From Octopus vulgaris (Eukaryota), in contig OX597821.1 in the NCBI GenBank assembly GCA_951406725.2, forward strand, positions 55,924,001 to 55,988,000: a stretch of 64,000 bases of DNA, in the 5' to 3' direction. Position 1 is the first letter of the stretch; each line of letters opens with the position of its first letter. The position numbers and the translations under genes are program-made. Below the pieces are notes generated by a model. The model saw only the letters and a list, made by a program, of their open reading frames with translations, was not told the origin of the DNA and searched no databases. This document shows, piece after piece, positions 1 through 12,563 of this stretch.

Positions 1-350
1 TGGAGCATATGGTGGGCCATAAGTAATACATATAACTATATCAAATTGTCTTAAATGAACAATCAGTGTGTCACACACCGAGTTTGAGTATGAGTAAAGG
101 ATCTGTGGTGTGAGGTCTTCATGGATGTACATTGCAACTCCACCATGACTCCTGTCTTTTCTGTTGTTTCACAATATAACATACTTTGGTACATGTATTT
201 CTGCATCAGTGATGTCAGGTTTTAGGTGTTTCAATGAGTGCTATGCATAAGGCTTCATTGCATGCCACAAGGTCTCTCAGAGAGAGAATTTTGGTTTGGT
301 TACTGAGTTGTAACAGTCTTCTAATGTTTAGAAAGAATATTAATATAATA
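1..350 (-). mobile_element. Decayed CR1/L2-type LINE, start of ORF2 AP-endonuclease
   Basis: Minus-strand translation LNIRRL...ALIET/LKPDITDAEIHVPKYVIL*NNRKDRSHGGVAMYIHEDL...ICITYGPP resembles APE motifs (ET, DRxxxGGVxxY, YRPP). It has a frameshift and a stop. Confidence 0.7.
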
Positions 351-360
351 TCTCACCTCT

Positions 361-3300
361 CACCTAGTCACCTACTGTTCTGGCAGACACACTAGCCAGA
401 TTGACTACATCCTCGCCAGAAAGAGGGAAAGAGGGCTGCTTATAAATGCCAAAACCTTCCCAGGCGAAGAATGTACCCCTCAACATAGATTAGTAGTTAG
501 CAACTTCAGGATCAGAGCTAAATGGTTGCCCAGAAGAAGACCAGCTTGGAGGAGAAGGGTCTGGAAGCTTAAAGATCCTGCAAATGGACAGAGATTTAGA
601 GACATACTACTCGAAGCCTTTGACGAAATAGAAGGGGATATAGCTTCACTTAATGTGGAAGACAACTGGAAATTTCTACGGGACAATCTTATCTGTGGAT
701 GGAGCAAAGTCACATCTCGACCCAGAGTAACGTGGTGGTGGAATAATGTGGTTGACAGGGATATTAGACAAAAGAAACAGGCTTGGAGGGACTGGAAGAA
801 CGGTGGTAGCAGGGAATTGTATCAGACAGCCAAAAGGGAAGCTAGGAGACAGGTTTATTTAGCTAGAGGGGAAGCAGATAAGAAAAAATTTGCCAATGTT
901 CTGCGCCGTGAGGATGAAAGACTTGGGGTATTTCGTGTTGCAAGACAGTGTGTGAGAGAGAATCGTGATGTGGTAGGAGAGAAATGTGTCCGCATGGATG
1001 ATGGTTCACTTGCGCTAAATGAGGATGGAAAGAGAGAGGTTTGGAGATGCCGCTATGAAAGGTTGCTGAATAAAGAAAATGAATGGGATAAAGAGAGTCT
1101 GCCGAATGTCAACCCAACAGAGGGACCAACCATCCGAGTTGACAATTCGTTGGTAGTTAAGGCAATTAGAAGCATGAAGACAGGGAAAGCCCAAGGCCCA
1201 TCAGGAATTGCTGCAGAGATGCTCAAAATATCTGGCAGTGTCGGCTATAACCTAGTCACCCGTATAGTTAACCAGGTGATACACGAAGGAGTCATACCCA
1301 ATGACTGGTGTAGCAGCATAATAGTCAACAGCTACAAAGGTAAAGGAGGCGCCCTAGATACAAATAATTACAGAGGTATCAAGCTGTTGGATCAGGTAAT
1401 GAAGGTTACAGAGAGGGTCATAGCCCAACTCATTAGGGAGAAAGTCAACTTGGACAAGATGCAGTTTGGTTTCATGCCAGGGAAAAGCACCACTGATGCC
1501 ATATTTCTGGTGAGACAGCTGCAGGAGAAATACCTAGCCAAAGATAAAACTCTGTACCTGACTTTCGTTGACATGGAGAAAGCCTTTGACAGGGTCCCCC
1601 GATCCCTTATCTGGTGGTCAATGAGGAAACTAGGGATAGATGAATGGCTGGTGAGAGCTGTGCAAGCCATGTACAGGGATGCCGTAAGTAAGGTTAGGGT
1701 TGGCAACATGTACACAGAAGAATTCAAGGTAGAGGTTGGGGTCCACCAGGGTTCAGTCCTCAGCCCCCTCCTATTTATCATAGTCCTCCAGGCAATTACG
1801 GAGGAATTCAAGACAGGTTGCCCCTGGGAGCTCCTCTATGCTGACGACCTTGCTCTAATTGCTGAGTTACTATCAGAACTAGAGGAGAAGTTCCGGGTGT
1901 GGAAGGAGGGATTAGAATCAAGGGGCCTTAGCGTCAACCTAGCTAAAACCAAAGTACTAATAAGTAGGAAGGTAGATAAACCACAAATGTCTTCAGGAAG
2001 ATGGCCCTGCTCGATCTGTAGAAAAGGTGTAGGTAGAAACTCTATAAGATGTACCCAGTGTAAGCTATGGACACATAAGAGGTGCAGCAATGTCAAAAGA
2101 AGGCAAACTGGGAAGATAGTTTTTGTATGTGGCAGATGCTCAGGAGCAATAAACTCTGGAAATCTGCAGAAAACAACTTCCGTCACTTTCCAGGGGGAAA
2201 AACTAGAAGTAGTTGATAGCTTCCGTTATCTAGGTGACCAAGTCAGTAGTGGGGGTGGGTGCGCTGAAAGTGTAACTGCTAGAGTAAGAATAGCCTGGGC
2301 AAAGTTCAGGGAGCTCTTACCTCTGCTGGTGACTAAAGGCCTCTCACTCAGAGTAAAAGGCAGACTGTATGATGCATGTGTACGAACAGCCATGCTACAT
2401 GGCAGTGAAACATGGGCCGTGACTGCTGAGGACATGCGTAAGCTTGTGAGGAATTAAGCCAGTATGCTCCGATGGATGTGTAATGTCAGTGTACATACTC
2501 AACAGAGCGTTAGTACCTTGAGAGAAATGTTGGACCTAAGAAGCATCAGTTGTGGTGTACAAGAGAAACGATTGCGCTGGTATGGTCATGTGGCGAGAAT
2601 GGATGAAGATAGGTGTGTGAAAAAGTGCCAATCCCTAGCAGTTGAGGGAACCTGTGGAAGAGGTAGACCCAGGAAAACCTGGGACGAGGTGGTGAAGCAC
2701 GACTTTCGAACTTTAGGCCTCACTGAGGAAATGACCAGCGACCAAGACCTTTGGAAATATGCTGTGCGTGAGAAGACCAGGCAGGACGAGTCCAGCCCAC
2801 TTATGCATGCCTTTCCTTCCTTGGACACACAAAGACCTGTTGAGGCAGCGAAGTCGATATCGAACCTCATCCGACGACAGGCACCCATGCCAACCCTGCT
2901 TTGCTTGTGAAGACCTGTTGGGGCAAGTGAAATCGAAATCGGAATCGAAATTGAACCAATCCAATGACTGGCACCCGGCAGATGCCAGGACCCCTGGACT
3001 GGTGGTACGTAAAAAGCACTATCAAAATCGTGGCCGATGCCAGCGCCGCCTCGACTGGCTTCTGTGCCGGTGGCACGTAAAATGCACCATCCGAATCGTG
3101 GCCGATGCCAGTGCCGCCTCGACTGGCTTCCGTGCCGGTGGCACATAAAATGCACCAATCCAACCGTGACCATTGCCAGCCTCACCTGGCACCTGTGCAG
3201 GTGGCACGTAAAAAGCACCCACAACACTCACGGAGTGGTTGGCGTTAGGAAGGGCATAAAGCTGTAGAAACACTGCCAGGTAAGACTGGAGCCTGGTGCA

Positions 3301-3383
3301 GCCTTCTGGCTTCCCAGATCCCCGGTCGAACCGTCCAACCCATGCTAGCATGGAGAACGGACGTTAAACGATGATGATGATGA
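361..3383 (+). mobile_element. RTE-clade LINE, 5'-truncated and near-intact (EN C-terminus, RT, PHD-like finger, 3' UTR with internal repeats, (GAT)n tail)
   Basis: TSQIDYIL/QHRLV endonuclease end. ORF 526-2457 has QFGF, FVDMEKAFD, GVHQGSVLSPLLF and YADD. One premature TAA at 2455 is followed by in-frame MLRW...RLRWYGHV...GRGRPRKTW. Ends in gatgatgatgat. Confidence 0.95.
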
Positions 3384-3384
3384 T

Positions 3385-4430
3385 CTGTGTTGATGCTGGT
3401 GATGGCTACTCTGGATCCATTGGCTGTAGCGGTCTTGTATGTTGGTGGGGATGGCTCCAACATTGAAATTGATGCATCCAGGTCAATTGCTGTACAATCT
3501 TTTGTGCCATGCATAAAAAACAATTGTTGCTCAGCTGCAGCCCTTCTGACTGTATCTGGATAGGGCTGGCTGTTGGAAACAGTGTGCACTACATTAGCAT
3601 ATTTTCATTTTGGTGCAGCACAGCTTTTTCCATTTTGGGTCTTTAGTTCCTTTGGAGGAAAGTTTTTGTCCACCTTATGCAACAGTGGAATAATTTTGGG
3701 TATGGCAAACAACAGTTTACACCATCATTTCCATGCCATCGGACACCATACAGGCAGAATTTAAATATTTATGTGTGGCTTCTTTTCTTTCCATTTCTAT
3801 TATCTGAAGCCTTTCCTGTCCCCAGTGTTTGCCTCCTTTTTAATTATTCATACCATCGTGTATAGACAGTCTAACTTATTTCTTCTCTTGGTTGTTCTTT
3901 GAGAATTGTATTTTTGTCTTTTTCTTCTTTTTATTTTGTGTCATCATCATCTTTTTGTTCCTGTTTGTTTTCAGAGGCTTTTGATTTTGCTTTCCTTTAT
4001 TAGCCCTTCCATTGGTTGCTTACACCGGTGGTGCTAAGGCCATTAGAGCTGATGTCTCCTTCCCTGGCAGGTCTCTCACTCGTGGTTTCATCTTTGTTCC
4101 GTTGTGGGTCAGTCGAGCCAAAGAAACATCTCTCCCTTACATCAGTGTCTCCTCCATGTTATCTTTTCTGTGTTTGTTATCAAAGAAGATAGTGTCAAAG
4201 ATGTTAATGTGAGGTCTGATGAGAACATGTGAGTGGCTAGACTCTTGTTTCTTTCGCTTCATCAGAGCTGTGGTCCTTGTATAACCATTGCTCTTTAGTG
4301 CTGCCATTATTATACTATTTGGGTTGTCTCCCTCCAATATTTGTCAGCTTTGCAAAAACAGTTTCAATCCTGCACTTAGCTCGTGTCAAGAGAACTTTAG
4401 AGTGACTGTCAGCTGTTTCCTCCTGTATAT
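3385..4430 (-). mobile_element. Probable decayed ORF1 region of the CR1/L2-type LINE continued at 1-350
   Basis: Broken minus-strand reading frames that are K/E-rich with Cys/His remnants. They lie directly upstream of the APE fragment once the RTE insertion is removed. Confidence 0.4.
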
Positions 4431-5469
4431 ATTTAGAGATAATTAAAGAAAGATAAAGAGATCTAAAGAAAGAGAGGTGAAAAATTGTACTGATCTACGA
4501 GTGGATATACCTATGCATAGACAGAGAAATGGGAGAAAAAAAAGAAAGGTTGCATAATGTGTGTAGATCTATGAGTGAATATATCTAAATAGGAGACATT
4601 GAGAATAATCTATATATGTATATAGCTATAATTTTTCTATAGATATATTCCTGTGTACAGGCATAGATTAACAGATAGATAGATAGAGAGAGGGGAGGAG
4701 GGGAGAGAGATGAAGTGTGGGAGACAGGGAGAGAAAGAGAAACCTTATGTTTTTAGATATGATTATTTTATACCGTAAGGGGTGAGTGAGAAGAGAAATC
4801 GAAGGAGAACTGAAATGGACAGCAGCACAGATGTACATCCAAAAGATATAGAACGCAAAGAAGTTACCTGTCCGCCTATGATTTTATCAAGTTTCATAAA
4901 TCCATGTGTCTATTGGCAAACAAAGTCGTAAAACGTAAATGTAAACAAAGGTACTTCAGTTACGACATTGTGGTATGTAAAACTAAAACACTTTACCTTT
5001 AGTTACAAATGATTGCTTCTATGAGTCACTCCTTACATTCATTTTATATTATTAAGTAACTAAGTTTTCCTGAGAACTATGCTATCCTAAACTTTGTTTC
5101 TCCAGGCCATGAGTGTTCAGCTTCTATGAAAAGTCTTTAACACAGGCAAAGGTTTCGTAGATTAAGAGAGAATTTTGTCTATATGAGGTGTTAAAACTTA
5201 TGATTATTACATATTTCAAACAGAAAATACTATTGGTTTTGTACTTAATCCTTTGCAGTTTTGTCAGAGCTTTTCCTAGGAGTGATAATTACATGTGTGA
5301 AGGGCAGGTCATCACATTAAGATATATATATATATGTATTCACAAACACAAATATATATTTACACACACACACATATATATACATAAACATGTGTGTATA
5401 TAAATATATCACTATGTACTCTTGTATGTGTATGTACAGACACATACATATGCATTTGTATATATATAT

Positions 5470-5766
5470 ATCACCGTGATCACCGTGACCGACCAGGCCA
5501 TCAGATGTTGTTGCACATCGCTGGTCACAATGCGCTTCGCATTGTTTTAGCCTTCAAATGACGCCACCCCGCTGGCTAAGCGAGCAGGCCAACAGAAGAA
5601 AGAGTGAGAGAAAGTTGTGGCGAAAGAGTACAGCAGGGGTCGCCACCACCCCCAGAGCTTTAGGTGTTTTCGCTCAATAAACACTCACAACGCCCGGTCT
5701 GGGAATCGAAACCGCAATCTTACGACTGCGAGTCCGCTGCCCTAACCACTAGGCCATTGCACCTCC
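5470..5766 (-). mobile_element. tRNA-derived SINE (family B)
   Basis: Minus-strand head GGAGGTGCAATGGCCTAGTGGTTAGGGCAGCGGACTCGCAGTCG...GGTTTCGATTCCC (A/B boxes). Related copies at 43545-43930 and 51950-52268. Confidence 0.85.
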
Positions 5767-5879
5767 ATATATATATATATACATATATATATATATTCAT
5801 ACATGTAAATATGTATATACATACATTAATACATGAGCATACATATGTACACATAAATACATATGCATACGTTTGTGTG

Positions 5880-5926
<47 letters not shown>

Positions 5927-6437
5927 CAATTTGAAGACTCCACTACAATGGATGAAAGCGCTAATATATGATATATGATGTATAAAAACATGTAACATAC
6001 TAATAAATATCTGTAAATATAAATCCATCTGGATTTCTGAGTACCTCATTTCTTCTAATATCTAATACCTGTATGTCATCTCCAAACCCTATAATATATA
6101 TATAATTTATGAATATACATATGCATATATATATATGTGCATATGTATATTCATAAATTTATGAGAGTAAAGAAGAAGAGTTTCTGAGCAAGCAGATCTC
6201 ATCAGGGAACTGACATTCAAGCAGTGGAAAGAAAGTTTTGAATGTTCATGTAAGAGTTTGGAAGAATTTGAGAGAAAAAGGGACATAATGAACAAGTAAT
6301 TTAGTACAACAAATCTCAGATGCAAAATACAATCACCAAAGACTGCGATGACGAACAACCAAGATTCCTATCTACCCACCCTTTTCCAAAGTCCGTCTAG
6401 CAGAGATGCTTTAGCAGTTGATATATGGGAAAATTAC

Positions 6438-6623
6438 CTTCTTCTTCTTGCGTGGCTCCTGTTTGTCACCTCTAACTGGCTCGGAGTTGCAACAATCACC
6501 AGTACTTTTATTGACCTCACTCATTTTACCTGGTTTCATTGATTCATCAGCACTGTAAGGGCTAACACTTAGCTCTTTGGCACCACTCTCTGATGCTGGA
6601 GGAAACGAGCTGCCGTTTTCCAC
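6438..6623 (-). CDS. UPF3: UPF3 coding exon 11 (VENGSSFPP...QEPRKKKK); gene continues beyond the left edge
   Basis: Acceptor ccatag|GTG and donor AAG|gtaatt. 186 nt, phase 0-0, matching exon 10. Ends in a basic stretch at the position preceding the DRP motif in vertebrate UPF3. Confidence 0.65.
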
Positions 6624-7408
6624 CTATGGAGCACAACGATATCACCAACCACAACGAGGACGACGATGACCACAGAGTTTGGGAGTACAACAGGAAAAAC
6701 AAAGCAGGCATGAGAAAATTGGAAAAGAAAATGAATAGAACTGGCCAAAACATGCTCACATATCTGTATATTTGTGTAAGTGTGAATGTGTATGTGTGTG
6801 AAGGGGGAGTTATGTTAAAAATATGACTAAGATATTTTTGAAAATATTTCCTGTAGCTTCACAAGTTTTGTGTGCTTTTAATTTAAATTCAAATGAAACC
6901 AGTTCTCCCTCGTTATCACAAACTTGTTAATGCTCATGTTTAATGTTTTACTTTATTCTATGGAAAAGAAAAAAGTAAAGGCTGTTTTGGTTGAAACCAC
7001 AAATTTCCCATAGACTGGAAAAATGTGAAAACTGGGGGTTTATATTAGCAGCACAGTTTTACGTATAACCTTAGAAAATCCTATGGCTAGGTGTAAGGTG
7101 TCATTAAATTACACCACTCAAAATTAATGGCTGGTAATCTTTTCAAAGCAGACATGGCACAATGATTAAGCAAGTATTACAATACTTGCTAATGAAGGTG
7201 GACAACTTGAAATGTGGATATTTTGGACAATTTTCCTACAGTACAGCTTCATAGACAATTATTAAAAGGACATTAGTCATATTTTTAATATAACATATTT
7301 TAAAGAAGCACCACTTACCATTTATACATGTATGAAATATGTGAATGTGTATATCATACTCACATGCATACATTATGTACGCACACACATACATATATAT
7401 ATATATAT

Positions 7409-7454
<46 letters not shown>

Positions 7455-9422
7455 CTATATATTTATATTTATATATACTATATATGTAATATAAATTATA
7501 TACTATAGATAATATAGACATGTGAATATATAGCACAACTGTATGCAGAAATGCAGAAATGTGTATACAGATGCATATATATATGCCTTTATGGAAATGA
7601 AATATGAAAGTGAAGTTACTGAAATGAGGTCCAACAAAGATAGGAAAAAATCTAGTAAAGATCATTTATATAAAACTTAGTGTTTTGAATTCAGCATTTG
7701 GTGCTACATGTGTAATGAACAGCTTTAGTGGACTATATTGTTATAACAATCTTGGAAAAATCAATTTTTGCCAGTCAACTGGTTTCTCTAGATACTCAGT
7801 ACTACAGCAGAAAAATAATTGGGATTTACAAAAACAGAGCAAAATTTTAACATCTAAGTGAACTGACCCAGGTGTATTACTGGTACCTATCTTAGAAACT
7901 TAAAATAGTTAAAAGTAAAGTTAATTTCAGCAATATTTAAACCCAGGCTAATGAGGATCCATACTGTACAGAGTAAAGTATTCAAGCCAAGCTTGTTCAT
8001 CTCAACCACCAACAATGGAGATATATAATAATAAAGACATAGTTAATTAGTTATAAAAGATTTTTTAGCGTATCATAATAATGATAGTATAGTTACAGCT
8101 ATTAAGTAATAATAAGAAAATAACTAATACAAGACAAGAAGTGAACAATAAAAATAAGAAAAATCTAAGCAAGAATTCTATTTCAAGACATTTGAGCAAC
8201 TTACTCCAATTTATTCTACATAAATCCAACTACATCAAAGTCAAGAATTGAGGCTATAAAGCAGAAATATCTAGCCCATGTGAATATGGGAAAAAAAATC
8301 ACTATCGTGAATAGCTCCAACAAATTTATCCTTTTATCTTGTAGGGATTAGAACACCTAAAAGTACAAGTGCAAAATTTGTAGAATCTCATAGATTTTGT
8401 TCTTGAAAAACTAAATAGGAAAATAACAATACAAGGATTCATTTCCATCATGAAAAGGAGAAAGAAAATTTATTCTATTCTGTCATAGGATTGAATATTT
8501 GTTGACAGTTGAATCTTACTGTGTGGCCTGGGCAGAAGCAAACTAATTTTCTTTATCTTAAATACTAAAGCTTCAAAATTCAGGCATAGGTAGGCAAGCT
8601 TGAGCATAGCAGCAATAATTAAAAACTTGTTTAAACGAAAGCCATAAAGCTGAAGGACAATGACCCTGACATTAAAAAAAAAAAACATGGCAATATCTCT
8701 TGAGTAGATATAACATGAAAATACTAATCAAATAATTCTATGTATTAGGTGACTGAGAATCTTTTCATTTCACAATTAAGAAACTGTAAGTACTACACTG
8801 AGTGGAATTATTCATTTAGAAATTATGATTAAATTTTTTTTTTTAATTAATTTTTTAAATTAGTATGGTTTGCATTGACAAATACTTCAATAATTCCCTT
8901 AATACATCGAAAGAAACAATACTGAACTAAACTTGAAAAGTAATTTTTAGAAGAAATAATTCTGTTACATAATTTTGTATATTATTTCCAAAAGATTTTT
9001 GTTTAAAAAAAAAAAAGACAATCTTTGGTAAACCTCAAAGCCAGCAATTAAACATTTAACACACACTAAGCAAAACAATGCTTTGCATAAGCCAATTAAA
9101 AAAAAAAATTTGTAATAAAATAGCAACATGCAGTTTCAATGTTAGACAATATTAATACATAACTGTACAGTGAATATTTATTCACATGCTGATATTATGA
9201 GAGGCTAATCCCATTTAAGTTAAATATGCAAGTATACTGAGGTAATTAATAGTATATTTGATATATATCATAAATATTTGATAAGGCTGTAAAGCTGTTA
9301 TCATATTTCTTCCTATTGGTTTCTTACATTGCATAAAGCAGTTTTCAGAGGGAAGTTGTATAAACTCTAGAATAAACTCTACTACATGACATGTCAATTT
9401 TATTACCTACAATTTTATTACC

Positions 9423-9808
9423 TGCCAGCCTCGCCTGGCCCCCGTGCCGGTGACACGTAAAAGCACCATCTGTTCGTGGCCGTTTACCAGCTCTGTCTGG
9501 CCCCGTGTCGGTGGCATGTAAAAGCACCATCCGTTCGTGTTCGTTGCCAGCATCGCCTGGCCCCGTGCCGGTGACACGTAAAAGCACCGTCCGTTCGTGG
9601 CCGTTTGCCAGCTCTGTCTGGCACCTGTGCGGGTGGCACGTAAAAAGCACCCACTACACTCACGGAGTGGTTGGCGTTAGGAAGGGCATCCAGCCATAGA
9701 AACACTGCCAGATCTGACAGGGCCTGACGAAGCCTTCCAGCTTCACAGACCCCAGTTGAACCGTCCAACCCATGCTAGCATGGAAAGCGGACGCTAAATG
9801 ATGATGAC
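9423..9808 (+). mobile_element. RTE 3'-UTR fragment with ~60-bp internal repeats
   Basis: Repeated gtgccggtg(a/g)cacgtaaaagcacc units, then cacggagtggttggcgttaggaagggcatc...gatgatga, as at 2960-3383. Confidence 0.85.
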
Positions 9809-10921
9809 AAAAGGGATAAAAAGTAGTGTCAACCCAGTGTGTATTAGAATTCAGAATAAAACTAAATATTGTAATAAGCTGAAGTTGACATACAAGCATC
9901 AGAGCCAGTACCAAAGCTCTAATTCTTCTTATTAACAATTATATTAGTTATAATATGGAGGATGTAATGCAAAATGCTTTCAAAGGCATTCCTCTAAGAA
10001 ATGTGTAACCATACTGTAAACCTACAATTAGGTTTAAAAGGTTAACATAGTAGATAATAACTCCAGTTGAAACTGTACATTACAATTACAACAAAACTAG
10101 AACATAGGGTGACCAGGCAGCTTGACAAATGTTCTTGCAAGCCATAGAAACTCATGATGACATTAATATATATATATAATCATTATCATCATTTAACATC
10201 TGTTTTCCAAGCTGGTATCGGTTGGATGGATTGACAAAAGCTGGCCAGCTAGAGAGCTGCCTAGGTTCCATGTCTATTTTGGCATGGTTTCTATGACTGG
10301 ATGCCCTCCCTAATGCCAACCACTTTACAGAATATACTGGGTGCTTTTATGCAGCACCAGCACAAACTATGTATAAGCCATTTTACATTCAATGATGCAT
10401 TTTGTTGAAGCGACCTCATTTTAGTAGGAGAGGTCTTCCTTACTCTAACTACAGCTCAGTAGTGAAGTAAAGAGTGAAACCTGTTTTGAGCCAGAGAAGC
10501 AAAGTGCAGAAAACAGTTATGTATATTACTACTCAGTGACACAATAGCTGTTGTAACAGAATTTGAAGTTCATAACCATGTGGTGAGCAGTCCAGCACCT
10601 TAACTCTTCCATTAATTCGATTTATACAAAGATGAGAGTGAGGCTGTGTGATCTTTCTTAATGCTTTTAGTAAAGTAAAACAACTACAAGATACAGGAAT
10701 CAGGATTTGCAAGATGGTCTTGGCTCATCAAGAGAGAGCTCCTATTCTTCAGAAAGCTCCTTCAATGAACTACACTAACAACTAAATATCTTGTTAGAAA
10801 CAAAAGGAATAAATATAACAAACTCTATAACAACATAAAAATACACACAACCAGAGAACACACCCACACACTTACAGATACATGCAATAAAAGCAGTAAA
10901 CTCAAAAATATCGGGACTAAC

Positions 10922-10976
10922 TTTGGATTTTTCTGATTTATCAATCTTGTTGAAGTTTTTCTTATCATGAAGATAT
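10922..10976 (-). CDS. UPF3: UPF3 coding exon 10 (YLHDKKNFNKIDKSEKSK)
   Basis: Acceptor ccttttcttttcag and donor AAA|gttagt. 55 nt, phase 2 to 0, consistent with the neighbouring exons. Confidence 0.7.
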
Positions 10977-11321
10977 CTGAAAAGAAAAGGAATATATATA
11001 TATTTATCAGTAAAGAAAACATCTACAAAATCTTTTGTTTTAATATTTTTCTGACAATTTATCCCAATAAAATTGGGAATAACAGAATAAATATTAGTCA
11101 TTTACTCTTCTTACAGATTTTTATATCTCTGATACTTTGCCATTGTTTAGTACCTTAGTTAACTAAACTGAATGAGCATTTGATCAAAGTAACTTTTAAT
11201 AAGTTAAAAGCAGAATGAACATTTAAAAGAAAAAAAAAAACCTTTCAACAGTTTACAAGAATACGGATTTATATTGTCATGTGCAGCCTGTGAGACTTTC
11301 TGAATGGATTGCCTGATTACC

Positions 11322-11548
11322 TATTTCTTTACTACCCACAAGGGGCTAAACACAGAGAGGACAAACAAGGACAGACATAGGTATTAAGTCGATTACATCG
11401 ACCACAGTGCGTAACTGGTACTTAATTTATCGACCCCGAAAGGATGAAAGGCAAAGTCGACCTCGGCGGAATTTGAACTCACAACATAACGCAGACGAAA
11501 TACCGCTAAGCATTTCGCCCGGCGTGCTAACGTTTCTGCCAGCTCACC
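11322..11548 (-). mobile_element. tRNA-derived SINE (family C)
   Basis: Minus-strand head GAGCTGGCAGAAACGTTAGC...GAGTTCAAATTCCGCC and central TCATCCTTTCGGGGTCGATAAA. Near-identical copy at 52341-52573. Confidence 0.85.
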
Positions 11549-12563
11549 TGATTACCTTTATGTTTTTTAGTAGTGGGGCCCACCTGATGATGAGCCATGT
11601 CTCATATAGCTCACTTCTCAAACAAGGCTGCTCATGCTAGGTTTACATTAACCATCCTACACAAGATATCACAGCCAATGAAAGAGTCTTCTATGTGGTT
11701 ACTCAACTTGTTATTTTTATAGCAGCCAAATCTCACTTCTAAGGACTTAGTGCCTTGAAAAAGAGAAGGACATGTTTGACAATGATGTCCTAGAAAGCAA
11801 ATTAAGATGTTCATTCCTGGAATACCTTTGATCATATGTCTGCATATAATATGGCTTTGGTTTTATCAATGTAACATACATGTTCTACAGGAATAATAAT
11901 GTATATTACACTGACAAAAGCTTAAGAGTTAGTTAAGCATTAAATGAATAAAGTTTTCAGAAAATTAAGTCACACAATTTGTCATAACTGTGATAAATAA
12001 CTTATTAAAATACTTAGGTCATATATAATAATTACTTATTCATGCAAATAAAAACATCATTTCAGGTTGCTGTTATCATTTTGTCTTTGTAGTTATTTAG
12101 CCTCCAAGTTAGTGTAGATCCAGTATAACTATGATTAGCAGCATTCCAGGAGTACTGTCTTTTTTAGGCAATACCTTTTATTTGAAGATGGTGGGGTGCG
12201 ATCTGAGAGAAATTTGACAGCTTTTTCTAGTAGGTCAAGCAGCTAGACAGAGGGTCATTCTTCGTATACATTTGAGTTAGTAATATGTATGAAATGTTAA
12301 GTGCAAGTGAGAGAGGGGCTGTAATAAGAAGGTATCAAGAAAAGACAACTGCACAGGTATGGGTGTGTGATGCTAATAAACAATGCTAAAGTGTTGACTA
12401 ATGTATCCATGGTGAAAGCTGCCCACATAACACAGAATCAATTGGTGAGATGTGATTCATAGAATACTGCACTTCACAGCTAAAATTTAGGATCAAGAGA
12501 ATTGGCAACATATTATACAGTAGACCTGCCAGTATGACTAAATGGATGGCAACAATTTGTATA

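Noticed and set aside
1392-3351. Antisense and short ORFs overlapping the RTE
   Set aside because: Shadow frames of the RT ORF and of the GC-rich 3' UTR repeats.
4317-4422. Possible last UPF3 exon after atacag (EETADSH...)
   Set aside because: No DRP..LY.P-type EJC-binding motif, a weak acceptor within (AT)n, and more likely LINE debris.
5700-5766. tRNA gene (also at 43860-43930, 33109 and 11460-11548)
   Set aside because: The tRNA-like heads run into repeated SINE bodies and lack a complete cloverleaf.
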